Of a DNA stretch of 64,000 nt, positions 40,395 through 52,880 are shown piece after piece. Each line of letters opens with the position of its first letter. Position 1 is the first letter of the stretch. This DNA is from Lama guanicoe. Lineage: Eukaryota. The position numbers and the translations under genes were made by a program. Location of the stretch: the NCBI GenBank assembly GCA_013239625.1, contig MU053557.1:5343842-5407841 (forward strand), read 5' to 3'. The notes below the pieces were generated by a model, which worked only from the letters and a program-made list of their open reading frames with translations, searched no databases and had not been told where the DNA came from.

Positions 40395-40831
40395 TGTGGC
40401 CGAGCAGGGCCTCGCTGCCAGGCAGGCATAGACTCCCACCAGCATGGCAGTGGTTTTGAGAAGAGAAAGAGCTTTACTGTGAGGTCAATCAGCAAAAAGA
40501 GGGAGGCTCTCAAATCTAGGGTTTAAACAGAAATTTAAAGGGTTAGGGAAATTTCCAACTTGGAAGCCGACTGGCTAGCCTTAAATCAGCCCCTAATAAA
40601 CTACTTATGCTGCTGGAAGCCAGATTTTCCTTATTGAAGGACTTCTCACTGTGTAAAGGGCTCTGACGGCCACATTTCCTCAGACTAAATATCCTTGGTT
40701 CCAGGGTCATCCTGGAGACGTGGGCTCCCATCTGGCACAGGCGCAGTGCTGTCTCCCTCAAGTAACCCGAGGTTTAATTAATCAACAGTCTATTTATGGA
40801 GGCAAAACCAGTTTAAGCTGGTGCTGTTTCA
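40395..40831 (-). mobile_element. ERV1-class 3' LTR (437 bp, TG...CA)
   Basis: Minus strand starts TGAAAC right after polypurine tract agaaaggagggagga (40833-40847), ends GCCACA; AGTAAA at 40473-40478. Confidence 0.8.
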
Positions 40832-43800
40832 ATCCTCCCTCCTTTCTCGTACATTCCTCAACCTTGATGGAAATAGGGGAGTGACCACTGTAGCTGCTCC
40901 CTGCTAATTAAGGGCATGGAATTTTATAAAAGGAATGAAACTGAAGTATTTGTGAGTCCCACCTGAGTCCTGGGCAATCATCATGAGAGTGGGGGAGGTC
41001 TTTTTAAACATATAAGGGTTACACTTAGGTTGCAGCTGATTCTTCCATCTTGAGGAGGACCCAATCCCCTATGCTTATGCAGAACAGGGGGACATCTGTG
41101 GGAAATGTTAGTCAGCTAGAAGCATTTTACATATAGCAGATAAAGTAACAGCAGAGACTACCTATTTTAGAGTATCTTATTCTTTTACAATATGATCATT
41201 TTCAAGACTGCAATAATACTTCGTCTTAAGGAAGGGTCTCGCACGTAACATTTCACAAAGGCTCAACTGGAGCTTGCTTCTAGGGTCAACTCTCACCCTA
41301 AGCCGGGCAACTGGCAGGGCCTTATCTCAGATTAAGTTGGTTTCTTGACCGATTTTGGCGATTGTCTTTTTCAAGGTATAATTCATCTTTCCAGTCTTTC
41401 CCAAAGACCGAGTCTCCATGAAGCATGTAACTTTCATTACGTTCCGAGGACCCCAGACACCCCCATGAGTTAGTTCCCTTGGCTGTGAAAGCTCTACTGT
41501 TGTCTCTCTGCATTGAAAGAGGCGACCCAAAACGAGAGATGATTGCTTTTAGTAAGGCCAGTAAGGCCGTTGTTAACCTCAGAAGCCTTCTCCGTTTCTG
41601 AATACTGAGGCTTAAAAGGAGTAGGAACACACTCCGAAAGAGTGCTTGGGCCTTGGGATCCGGGCCTTTGGTTCTGGCCACTTGCTTTGCGGCCAGCCAA
41701 ATTATTTACTTTAGCTATTTAACTAGCCGTCAGCTGTGTATCTTCTACAATTTGGCTAGTGCCTCAAATCCTGTACAAAACAACCTCCAGTCTGGTTTTT
41801 ATACTGGTGGGATTGCAATGTTATATGGAGATTGACAAGGCTGGATGAATTGGCATTAAGGAAGGTGGTTATCAAGGGGCTTCATACCTTCCTCTGCACG
41901 CCTCTTTAAAGGGAATTGCTTTTAATTTGGAGCCTTGGGGCCTGAACGGAGTCCTCTCACTATTGGGTCAGCTTTCTTGCTTCTTCCTGGCCTCCCATCA
42001 GCCCAAACGTCCACTCTTACCTTTGGCAGAATTCCTTCAGGTACTTCTGGTTGAGGCTTGTCTCCCAGTTGTAACAGTGTAGCTTGGAGGGTGGAGCCTT
42101 CATCTGGGAGTACTTGAATGTCTCCCTTTTCTGGTGAGAAATTCATTTAATTTTGTTAGCAGATGTCATCCCAACAAAGCAACAGGGCATTTAGGCATGT
42201 ACAGAAAGCCACTTTAAATATGTTTCTCCCCAACTACATAAATCAGAGAGAGAAAAGGGGGAGGGTACACATACGAAAACCCTGGGTGGACCCCGGTCAT
42301 CTAGACCTGTGGGAAATCGTCTCAGTGGATGTCGCCCTGCCTGAGGCAGGGCACCCCCTCGGCTGAATTGGGTACAGGCCTGGGGCTAGAGCTGTAGCTC
42401 CAGGGGAATTGTTGGAGGAATACTCCGGGGCGACTCACAGGGATCCCCCGCTTCACGGCGCATGGAGAATGGTGGGAGGCACCCACTGTAGTCAGTCAAA
42501 ATCATTAGGTTCTGACTCAGGCAAGACTGACTTTTCCTGAGGGTCTTCCCTCTGACCCATAATTGTACATCTCTTCTGCAAAATAACTTAGAAAAACAAG
42601 TCACGGTCAAACGTTGTACCTGACTACTCGATCTGACGAAAGTCAATGACCACAGCGTGAGACAGAGCTGACGGTAGGACAGTGAAGAGTTCTCCATCTG
42701 GGCGTCCATCCCCTGAAGAAAAACAAGCCCTTAGTGAAGCTGAGCTCTGCAGTTGGCTGACTGGGTTTCTCCCACTGCAGCGCTCAAGGTAAGTTTACTC
42801 CTTCGCCAGCAAAAACACAAAAAAGCCAGGAACAACTGCCTTTAGCAAGCTCCTGCTGCCTCTTCCCAGGCTTTATGGGTTGGGCCCGACGTCAACCAGC
42901 GCTCTTATCAGAAGCTCGGGGTTTGTGGGATGTGGCGATGTTGGCTGCGCCTGGAAACACTTGAGTTCCCGCGAGATGAAGGAAAGCACCAGGGTTTGCC
43001 AATCTGCGGCTCAGAGCGCACTTTGTTCCTTTGTAGGAAGCACCTGGACACACTAGCCACCTCCCCCCTCAACTACTCCACCTTAATGCTGGTTCTGAGG
43101 GGTTGGCTGCCCCCTCCCCCGCCCCGAGAATGGAGGTCTGGAGAGAGTGCAAGGAAGCAACCCCTAAGTCAAAGGCTTAGTCAATATCCCAGGTTTCAAA
43201 CCCAAGAGCTGAGAATAGTCTGTGGAGTGCGGATCCCTAGAAAACGGCCTTGCATCACCCCCCACCAAAAGCAGAGGGAAATCAAACAGACTTAAGACGC
43301 ATGAGAAAGCAAACCTAGGATGGTGGAACCAATTCCATCTCCTAAGTTTGCCTTCCGGAAGGATGCAAGCAAATGCAGTAGTGACTATCCACAACTTGGC
43401 TTTAAGGATTCCCCGGAGGAGCCATAGAGGAGAGCAGACAGTCTCAAAGATGACGAGCTTGGATTTAAAGGTTCCATTAGGGAACACCAAGAAGTTTCCC
43501 ATTAGAGAAGGTTGTCGAGAACCGTAGCCTGAAAGTCACTCATGCTGCCCAGCTGCCAAGACTGTAGCCAATTTGGTCAGAGGCTCCTGGTAGTTTTCCC
43601 CCGTGAGCTGAAGGCAGGCTTGCTATTGCAGAGGGCTTAGGGGAGTCCACGCCCTGTCTCGCTCACCATCTTGCAAAACTTACCTGCTGAGGAGGCAGGT
43701 GGAAGAAGAAACTCTATCACCTTGAAGAAATCAAAGTGTGGAGGCTGAGACGCAGTCAGAGCTCAGCTTGAGAGAGGAATTCAGGAGAAACGAGTTGAAA

Positions 43801-44800
43801 CACCCGGCCCTCACTACCTTTCTGAGCATGCTGGGGTTTAATCTTCCTGGCCGATGACCAAAATATTTGATCTTCCCAGCAGGTATCACAGACAAGCTGA
43901 TCTCAATGTCTAGGGAGTTTCCAGGCAGAATGCATTCGGCCCAAGCCCTGCACGTAGCCCATGGCCTTTAGCATCGCCACCAATGCTTGTTCCTCCCAGC
44001 AAACTTAAAAAAAATATATACACATATATACACACACACACACATACTTAAAAGCAGTTCAGTGCTAACTCCATGCTGCTTTGGCTCAAACAAAAGAGAG
44101 TTAAAATTCTCAATGAGGAAAAGCCAAAATGTGTCCAATTGTATAAAATTCCTTTAACCCAGGCAGGCGGTGTCCTTCTCTGGTGGAGAATTTTCTTGCT
44201 TTACCCTCTCACCCCAACACAGTAATCAGGGCTGGTTTCATTAATAGTACACACCTGTATCAATACCATCAAGTAATCATATTGGGCGCAGGTGAAAGAA
44301 AACTCCTGACACCTCTATAAGACAAGCTTCCTAGTCAGAGAGCAACGTCTTTTATCTCCTGAGTCAGAGGATCCTCATTAATATCAAGTTCCATAAAGCT
44401 CTGCTGCAGTCATCCAGGAACCAACCCGTATTAGCCAATCCTAACAAATGATACAGTAGACAAACATAGACGAAGAAAAAAATCCAAAGGCATAAGGCTC
44501 TAAGCCAGGATGTGGGATGCTAATCCAATCGTTTGAGCACCTCAGTGGCTATAACCTTTTATACTGTCTCCCTTAGGATGGGACTCTACAATCCTGATGA
44601 GATTATTAGAGGATTTAGACACAGGTGCATTGTAACAAGGTTATGCACCCCAAAGACACCTGATGTGTCTAAGGAGCACCAAGGAGCCTGGTGCGCTGTG
44701 GTGGGGAAGCAGGACCCTGACAGCTGACCCTCCACACAAGTAGGTCTAGGTGGCCACTCAGGGTCTGCGGCGAGGGTCCACACTCTGCCAGAGACTGCAG
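40832..44800 (-). mobile_element. Decayed ERV1 (gammaretrovirus-like) internal region: leader, gag-like, pro, RT start and integrase remnants
   Basis: Integrase remnants EKASEV, LLKAIISRFG, GKTGKMNYTLKKTIAK (41290-41620); VWADGRPGRSKKA (~41950-42020); FLYMPKCPVALLG*HLLTKL (~42150-42210). Confidence 0.85.
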
Positions 44801-44805
44801 GAAAA

Positions 44806-45148
44806 AATAATCCGTGATCTGAACTTCCGCCGTAAGAAACTAGAAAAAGAACAAATTAAACACATAGCAACTACGAGGAAGGAAATAAAGACAACAGCAG
44901 AAATGAATGAAATCCAGAAAATGTTAGAGAAAAAATTAGTAAAGCTAAGAGCTGTTTCATTGAAAAGTAAATAAAATATCCAAGGGAAAAAGAAAAGATG
45001 CAAGTTACAAATATCAGGAATGAAAGAGTGGACATCACCACCAACCCTATGGACATTAAAAGGATAATAAGGGAATGCCATGAACAACTCTAGGCACAGA
45101 ACTTAAACAAGTTGGATAAGATGGACAAATCCTTTGAAAGACACAAGA
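44806..45148 (+). mobile_element. LINE-1 ORF2 fragment (between endonuclease and RT)
   Basis: aagaaactagaaaaaga...caaatatcaggaatgaaagagtggacatcacc...atggacaaatcctttgaaagacacaa. Confidence 0.85.
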
Positions 45149-45189
45149 ATATGCTTCTAACATCACTGAGCTGGCTCGTTGGTCCTAAA

Positions 45190-45408
45190 AGGATGAAAAG
45201 CATGTGAAACAGCTGCGCCAGCCGAGGTACGTCTGCTAAACCCAGCCTGGAGCAGTCCCCCGCTGCCCTGTAGATGCATGAGTGAACCCTGCTGCGTCCA
45301 ACCAGATCAGCTGCATATGGGGTAGATGCGTGAGAAATAAATGTTTATTATTGTCTTGGTTTTGTGGGAGTTTTGTTTGTTTGCTATGCAGCAAAAGCTA
45401 AATAATAA
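45190..45408 (+). mobile_element. MaLR (MLT1-like) LTR 3' fragment
   Basis: gtgagaaataaatgttt...ttgctatgcagcaaaagctaa typical MLT1 end. Confidence 0.6.
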
Positions 45409-45859
45409 ATTGAGCTGGGGCAAGTGCCAGGCCTGGGGAGGGTTGGATTTTGCCAGGCAGAGGCAGGGAAGGAAAAGAGGGCATTTGGAAAGAAATGAAC
45501 AGCAGAGGCAATTCACAGGCTCTCTCGTCGGCCACCAGCAGTTACAGGACCCAGGCAGATGGCGGTAGTCGCAGGAATCCCCTCCCACCACCGTTCCTTT
45601 GTCCTCCTTGCTCCTGCAGTGCTCACTGTAAGATATTCATACATGAAGAAGGATCTGTTTTCCCCAAGTGGGAGTTCCCCCAAAATCCTCCCAACCACAC
45701 AGCCCCTTTCCCAACAAAAACCTCCAGGAAGAATTGTGGGTACAGTGTACCCTGCCCGACGTTTGCTCACGCACCTACATGCTCGTGTATCTATCCATCC
45801 GTCCATTCAGCCATACATTATGGTTCCTAAAGATAGTGTCATATGCTATTTATTGCACT

Positions 45860-46660
45860 AGGGGCTTGAGTTTTATCACTTGACCACACATCTTAGAAGT
45901 CTTTCCACGTGTGTACATGGAGACCTACCTCCTTGTTTTTTAATTGCTACGCTGTCTTCATGACAGGGATGTGCCACAATTTTTTCCTACCATCCCTCTA
46001 CTTATTGGACACTTTAGTTTCTTGATTTTTCTCCACTGTAAACAATGCTACGGTGAACATCCTCACACAAGCCATCGTGCATGTGTGCCCTCATGTGAGC
46101 GGAGTCCATTCCCAGAGGAGGGATTGCTGGGTCAAAGAGCAGGTACATCAAAATGTGGAGGTACTGTTAAACTGCCCTCCAAAAAAGGCTGTGCAAATGT
46201 GTGCTCCAGCCAACAGTGTGTGGGAAACCCAGCTTCACGAAATTCTTGCTGACACTGGCTATTGTTGATCTTTAAAAATATTCCTAGTCTAATATTTAAA
46301 AAATGTTATTTCACTGAGATTTTAATATGCATTTCCCAGAATGATGGTGAAATAAACTTTTTTTTCCCGCTTGTGTATTTCTACACTATTTCACTATTTG
46401 GATTTCTTCTACAGATATCCTTGGCCCATTTTTCCATTTGTTTCTTGTCTTTTATTGATTTATTGGCACCATTTATAGTCCGCATTACATCTATTAACCC
46501 TATTACCATCCATGTTGCAAATACTCTCCACCAGTCTACCACTTCTAACTTTTTTGTGGGGGTGTCCTTATTTACACAGAAGTTTTACTTTGAATGTTGT
46601 CTGATTAGTTGGTCTTTTCACTTCTGGCTTCTGGGTTTTGTGTCTTGCTTAGTTAGGAAG
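45860..46660 (-). mobile_element. Old LINE-1 (L1M-type) fragment
   Basis: ttggacacttt...taaacaatgctacggtgaacatcct...ggattgctgggtcaaag...tccttggcccatttttc. Confidence 0.7.
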
Positions 46661-48519
46661 GCTGAGCCATTTATTGTTTATAAGGCACTTTCATTTCCAT
46701 TTTCTCATACGGGCCTGGGCCACAAGGACTCAGTGAAGCGCATGTTATCTCCAATGTAGAGATAAGAAAAAGGAATGTCAGAGAGGGTAAGTGACTTATC
46801 TCAGGTCACACAGCTTCTTTAGGGAAGACTCTCCAAGCCGGAGCTGAGATTCTTGGAGTCTCAGGCCCAGGTGACTGCTCCCTGCTACCACGGTCAGTCG
46901 GCCAATACTACTTCCCACACGCTCACAGCACTCCTGACAGGTCACCTGCGTGCCTCTTGTTGTCAGAAAGCTGTAGCCCATGCTTCCCTCCCAGGGAATA
47001 GACAGACCTCTCTGAGGCACCCACCTGCTGCTTCTGGTGCTGCGTCCCGGACCCCGAGGCAACTCTGTTCCCTGTCCCTCGACAGGACTCCAGCGATAGG
47101 GAGGCAACCCCTGGGGCCTCCGGAGGCACCATGTCTCCAGGTTGAGCACTCTGGTCCCTTAGCAGTCCCACTGGGACCTGGTCTCCCTGCATATCTGGTC
47201 ATCCTCACCCTCATATACAATATACAAGGTCAGCAGCATGACATTAGCTTTTTCAAGTCCAACACGTTTGGAGGGAGTCCCTTTGCGTGGTGACAGGGGC
47301 ACATCAGGTGACATGGGGGACAGGATGGTGAGTCTCTGAGGGCTTCCAGAGCGGTGGCTTTAGAGCTGGTCCTTGGAGGAGTCCTCCAGGCAGAAAGGAA
47401 ATCCAGGAGAGTGACTGGCATGAGAGCAGAGAAGGTGAAAATTCGGGGCTCCCTGTGGCCAGTCAGAGGAGGGCGGCAGAGGCAGAGGTAGGAAAGGGCA
47501 GGGTCTAAGTGGAAAGGGTCCCTGACCACCTGGCTGGGGGCTCAGACTTTATCCTGTAGGCCAGGGGTTCTTCATGGGAGTCTCTAGAAGGGGGTACCTC
47601 CAAGTACAGTCCAGGAACCCCAGCTTCAGGACCACAGGAGTGAAAATGCAGCTTCCAGGGCCACCCCAGGCCTGCTGAATTAGGGGTGGGAGGTGGGAAC
47701 CTGCATGGGAAGCAGGCTCGCTAGGGGATTCTGATGCTACTCAGGCTCAGGCCTCTGCCCTCAAAAGCTCCAGGATAGCCTCGAGGAAACGTGAGAATCT
47801 CTAAGTTGTAAGTGAAATTTGAGTCTGATGTCAGGACATGGTACTCAGCTTCCATGCAGTTCCAAAAAATCCCTGACCCAGGCTGGCGAGGACCAGTCTC
47901 TGGTGGAGGGTGTTGAGGTGGAGAAGGGATGTGGCTGGCGAGAGGGGTGGGGGCCACAGTGGCCCTGAGGGGTGGTCTAGGCCACCTTAGCACAACCTGT
48001 CTCTGTCTCCTACGTAAACAATGCTACGTAGGAAGCTGCCTTACTCAGCTAGTTCTGTCCACCTGGCTAACTCTGACTCTGACAGCTCCTCGGCCTCCCT
48101 ACCTCCAGGCCTCCCTGTCCCTCCCAGGCCGGCAGGGGCCCCTCCTGTGCATCCCAGGCCTGCTGGCTCACCCCCATCCCAGTAATTTTCTCACTCATAG
48201 GCCTCCGAGGTTTATCAGGTGCTCACCATGTGGCAGGCAGTAGGTATGCCAAGCGGTCTTTGGAGTTTTCTCACTGAATCCTCAACCCTAGAAGGAGGTA
48301 TGGTTATTATCCCAAGATTCAGAGAAGTTAAGTCACTTTCCCAAGATCACACAGCGGGTGAGGGAATTTCTGTCTCTTGAGCCTATGGTAGACTTGACTC
48401 TTCTGATCCACTGATTTAGACACTTGAAGGATGAATGAATCAATGAGTGAATGCTGCGCTCCAAAGCTCTGCAAGCAGGAAGGTACTCAACCCTCGCACG
48501 AATACGACATTTGAAGGCT

Positions 48520-48720
48520 TCACATTTTCCACATGTTGTTTACGTACCAGGTACCATGCCAGGCTCTCTGTACATTTATCTCATTTAATCCTCTCAGCCA
48601 GGAGGCTGGTTCTGTTAATTATCCTCATTTTGCAGATGAGGAAACCAAGGCTCAGAGAGGTTAGGCACTTGCTCCAGGTCCCAGAGCCAGCAGATGACAG
48701 AGCTGGCTGCAGACCCTATG
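48520..48720 (-). mobile_element. MIR SINE
   Basis: tctcatttaatcctc...cattttgcagatgaggaaaccaaggctcagagagg. Confidence 0.65.
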
Positions 48721-49979
48721 CTAATGACCACCATGATGCACAGGGGGACCCTGGGTCCTTCCCAGCAGCAAGGGTGCTGACCACCAGTGGATGTGGGTGG
48801 GCTGGCTGAGGAAGCTGCTGGGAGGGTGACAAACAGGAATCCTGGACTGACATCACTCCTTCCTGTGGTTAGAGGAACTCTGAGACAGGTTTGCATGTCA
48901 GCCCAAACATTAGGAAATCCTGAAGTGACTGTGTGGGCCTGCCACCATCCTGCACACACCGAGGGCCTGATCCTCATCACTCTGCCTGGTTCCAGGCTCC
49001 TGGCACCTCCAGACCCCATGGCAGGGATAGCTTAGCCCTCACCTCCTGATTCAACCCCAGGCCCAGACCATGTGCTGGGATCCAGGAAGCGGAGGGGCCT
49101 GAGCCAGGAACCAGGAATGCAGCATCAGGACAGTTGGGTACCAGTCCTGCTTCAGCTCTGGGCCAGAGAATTTCCACCGCACCTCCCTCTAGGGTCGAGG
49201 ATTAAATGAGTTCCAGTATCTGGTTTGGGCTGCCGTGGGGTGTTTGTTCCCGTCTACTGTTTCAGCCCCGTAGCGCAGATCAAGTTCGCACTCAAGCAGG
49301 GCTAGACCAGCTGTCCCCTGCTGGCCTCTGCCCCTTCGCTCTCCCCACGCTCTCCCTGCTGTAATGAACACTGCGCTTTCAACTCCTGAGCTCACCACGC
49401 TCTTTCTTACTGGGCTACACACTCCTGCTCGCCCCTCCTCTGTCTTTGCCTGTCTTATACTCTCTCTGGCCCCCCGAGGTCACAGCAGTCCTCAGGGTTG
49501 GGATGTTCCCAGTTGAGGGGGTTATTGACATAGCGTTGTCCTGACCCCTCCATCCCCAACACGAGCTCCCTGGCAGGCCCTGCCTCTCTCCCAGTCTTGA
49601 CGCCCGCTGCCCTTGGCCCATGCCTGGCAGATGACGGGAGCCCAGTCAGTGCCAGATGCGTGAATAAATAAGTAAACATGTAAACAAATGAACAGAGAGT
49701 AAAAGGAATCCTTTGCTCTCGGAAACCAGTCCATTTGGTGAAGGCTTCTTGTGCCAGGACCTGTTCTGGGTCCAGGAAGGAGAAGGCTCAGAGCTCTTCC
49801 CTGCCTGCAAGGCCCTCCCTGACTTAAGTGGTGGTCCTATAATGCAGATCATAATACTGGCATCGATCTATATTAATGCAATTTACTATCCATATGGGGA
49901 CCTGTGACCTCAAAGGGGTGCCACTAACAACTGCACTAAAGCAGTTGCATAAAGAGGGGCCATCCTGAGTCCCCCTGTC

Positions 49980-50185
49980 CATTGGGCACTGTCTTTGTGC
50001 CAGTCTCTAAGCCCTTTGTACAGGTCATGTCACTTGATCCTCACAATCACTTATTCCATGTTACAAATGAGGAAAGACAAGCTCAGAGACGTTAAGTGTT
50101 CTGCCCAGGGTCACACAGCTGATAAGCAGCGGGGCTGGATTTAAACCCAGAAACTTGGCTCCAGCCCCCTTGTGCTTAACCACCT
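49980..50185 (-). mobile_element. MIR SINE
   Basis: tacaaatgaggaaa...gctcagagacgttaagt...cccagggtcacacagct...ggatttaaacccag. Confidence 0.65.
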
Positions 50186-50909
50186 GACTTCACAATGGCT
50201 GGTGCTCCCAGAAAGGTCAAGGGTAGAGGGAACCCACCTGGTTTTTGACGCCAGACAGACTAGGAATCACACTCTCTACTCATAGCTGTGTGACCACAGC
50301 CAGGTCCCTGGCTTCTCTGTCTTTTTATCTGCAAAACAGGGGAGGGGTTATTGACTCAGGTCCAGTGAGAATGCAGGTGAAGCACATTCAGCAAATATTT
50401 ATCAAGTGTTGACTCTCTGCTTGGTCCCAGGGACGGTGGTGAACACTCAGGCATCGTCCCTCCCTTTCTGGAGCTCATGGTCTGGCGGCGGAGCCAGAAG
50501 AGGAACCAGGACATCAGCGAAGTAGCAGGACATCCTGGGAGTGCTGGAGAACGGACAAGGGAGAGTCTGCCTAAAATGAGGACAAGCTAGAGGGAGGCAG
50601 GGAGGAGTAAGAAATGTTGCAGGAAGGAGAGAAGCATAGTAAAGTCCTGGATGTGAGAGAGCACACAGGACATCCAGGGACTGGAGGTGTCAAACAAACG
50701 CAAGGGCCCCTCAGTGGCACAAGCAAAGGACTGAGGAGAGAAACCTCTTCCACCTGAGTGATCAGGAAGGCTTCTTGGAGGAGGTGGCTTTGTGCTGGGC
50801 TGGAAGTTAGACCAAGACCTTGCCTTTCAGTCATAGAGGGCTAGGCATGCTAGGCATCCTAGGCAGTAAGGACAGCACCAACAGAGGTGCAGAGGGAGGG
50901 GCTTCTGCA

Positions 50910-51270
50910 CCACAAAAGAAACGGCCAACAGAGTGAAACAGTAACCTATGATGTGGGAGAAAGTATTTGCAAATTATGTATCTGATAAGGAGTTAATTTC
51001 CAAAATATAAGGAACTCGTGCAACTCAACAGCAACAAACAAACAATCTTTTTAAAACCTGGACCGAGGAACTGAATAGATGTTTTCAAAGATCTACAATT
51101 GGCCAACAAGCACATGAAAATATGCACGTCGCTAATCATCAGGGAAATCAAATCAAAACCACAATGAGGGATCACCTTACACCTGCCAGAATGGCTACCA
51201 CCAAAAAGACAAGCGATAACAAGTGTTGGTGACGATGTGGAGGAAAGGGACCCCTGTGCACTGTTGGGAG
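50910..51270 (+). mobile_element. LINE-1 fragment (ORF2 3' end)
   Basis: gggagaaagtatttgcaaat...atcagggaaatcaaatcaaaaccacaatgag...aaagggacccctgtgcactgttggg. Confidence 0.8.
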
Positions 51271-52329
51271 GTTGGAGAGCTTGTGGCCCACAAAGGTGCA
51301 GACGGGCCTTGGAGGGCAGATGTGGGAGAGGCAGCAGGAGAAGGAGCCAGGTCAGGGAGGGCCTTGAAGACCACACTAGGGTGTCTGCGCTTTGTTTGTT
51401 GGGCCATCGGGAGCCACTGATGATGTTTGAGCACAGGAGAGCCAAGATCATGGTATGCTTCAAGAAGATCAGGAAAGAAGAAGATAAACTTTCAGGCATG
51501 GAAACTGCCATCTTGTCCCTTCAGAAGGGAACAACTGCTCTGAGAATTCTGTGATTTTCCAGAAGCTTGGTTACTTCCCCATGTTTGTGACTTTCTGGTT
51601 CCTTGCAGTGATTACCCACGAAACCCCAAACCAGAAAGAGACTGCAGCTGCCCAACCCTGTTCAGAGGACTGGAGCCCTATCGGGGGCAGACACGTGAGC
51701 TCTAGGGGGCCCAGTGAGCCAGTGGGAGGGGGACCACAGGGAGACAGTCTGGCTTCTGTGCTATCCCCAAGTCCCTGCTGGACCCTGAGAAAAGGTGCTG
51801 CTCCCCTGCCTCAGGCCGGAGCCCCTTCATCAGGTCGCCAACTCTGTTGTGGCAGATTGTCTTCTGAGCTGTGGGAACCTGTCGTTGCCCAGAGCAGCCC
51901 CAGAAGCCCCCTCCAAAGGGGAGCCCACCCAGGGAGTTCCAGGAGCCACACCCTGAGTGGGCGGCCAGCACCCTGACCCCAGGGCCCAGTCTACTGTCCC
52001 CTCTGCATCCAGGAACTGGACTGCCTTCGCAGTGGCTGGGGCTCTGAGGAAGGTCATAGCAAGGACATGAGACTGGCAGGCAAGAACCTCCCCGGGTGTG
52101 ACCCTGGGCCAGCACTTCACGGCTCTGAGCCTCAGCTTCTAATCTGAATCTTCCCTTGGCTTGTCTCCTAGGTTTATGGTGAACGTCACATGGGCCCACT
52201 GACAGGAACCCACGGTGACGGATCGGGACAGAGCCAGCCGCTATTTAGAATTAAGCAGTTTGTTCTCATCATTTACATGTTTGGTTTTCTTTCTGGGTAT
52301 TTTCAGGAGAACTTTAAGACTCCAGTAAC

Positions 52330-52880
52330 ATTTGAAATGTTTAGTCTCTCTTAGTTTACTCAGCAACTCTGCACCTAGGAATCTATCTTATGGAAAAAGA
52401 CATAAAAATGTGCAAAGAGAAATATGCTTTACAAACAATGGTCATTCCAGACTAATTTACAACTCTGAAACATTAAATGGCCATCAGTAGGGAATTGGTT
52501 AAATAATTTAAGTCACAGGCAGGCTTTAAATTATGTGCAGCTCTCAAAATGAATGAATCTGTATGCAACACTGACCTGTGAGTGCATCTGTGATGTGTTG
52601 TTCAGTGAAAAGCAAAAAGCTGCAAAACAGTAGTGGCAGTTTTATTTAAAATTACAGTTTTATATATGTAGAGAGATAGGTACAGATACAAAATGAAAAT
52701 ATGAATATAGATGTGAGGGGGCAGAACCTAGAAGAAATAATTAAACTACGCACAGTGAGAGGCAGAATTTCCATAAGATAAATTCCTACACACACACTTG
52801 CTGAGTAAAGAAGATAAGCATTTAAAATGCTATTGGAGTTAAAAATACAAGATGTACAGAGAGATTTTCTCTCTATATTT
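52330..52880 (+). mobile_element. Old L1 (L1ME-like) 3' UTR remnant
   Basis: actcagcaactctgcacctaggaatctatc...catcagtagggaattggttaaataa; AT-rich. Confidence 0.55.

Noticed and set aside
46262..46759. Hydrophobic 165-aa ORF
   Set aside because: T-rich antisense strand of an old L1.
50838..50866. Three 9-bp CTAGGCATG-like units as a p53 element
   Set aside because: Only one near-consensus half-site; more likely a slippage repeat.
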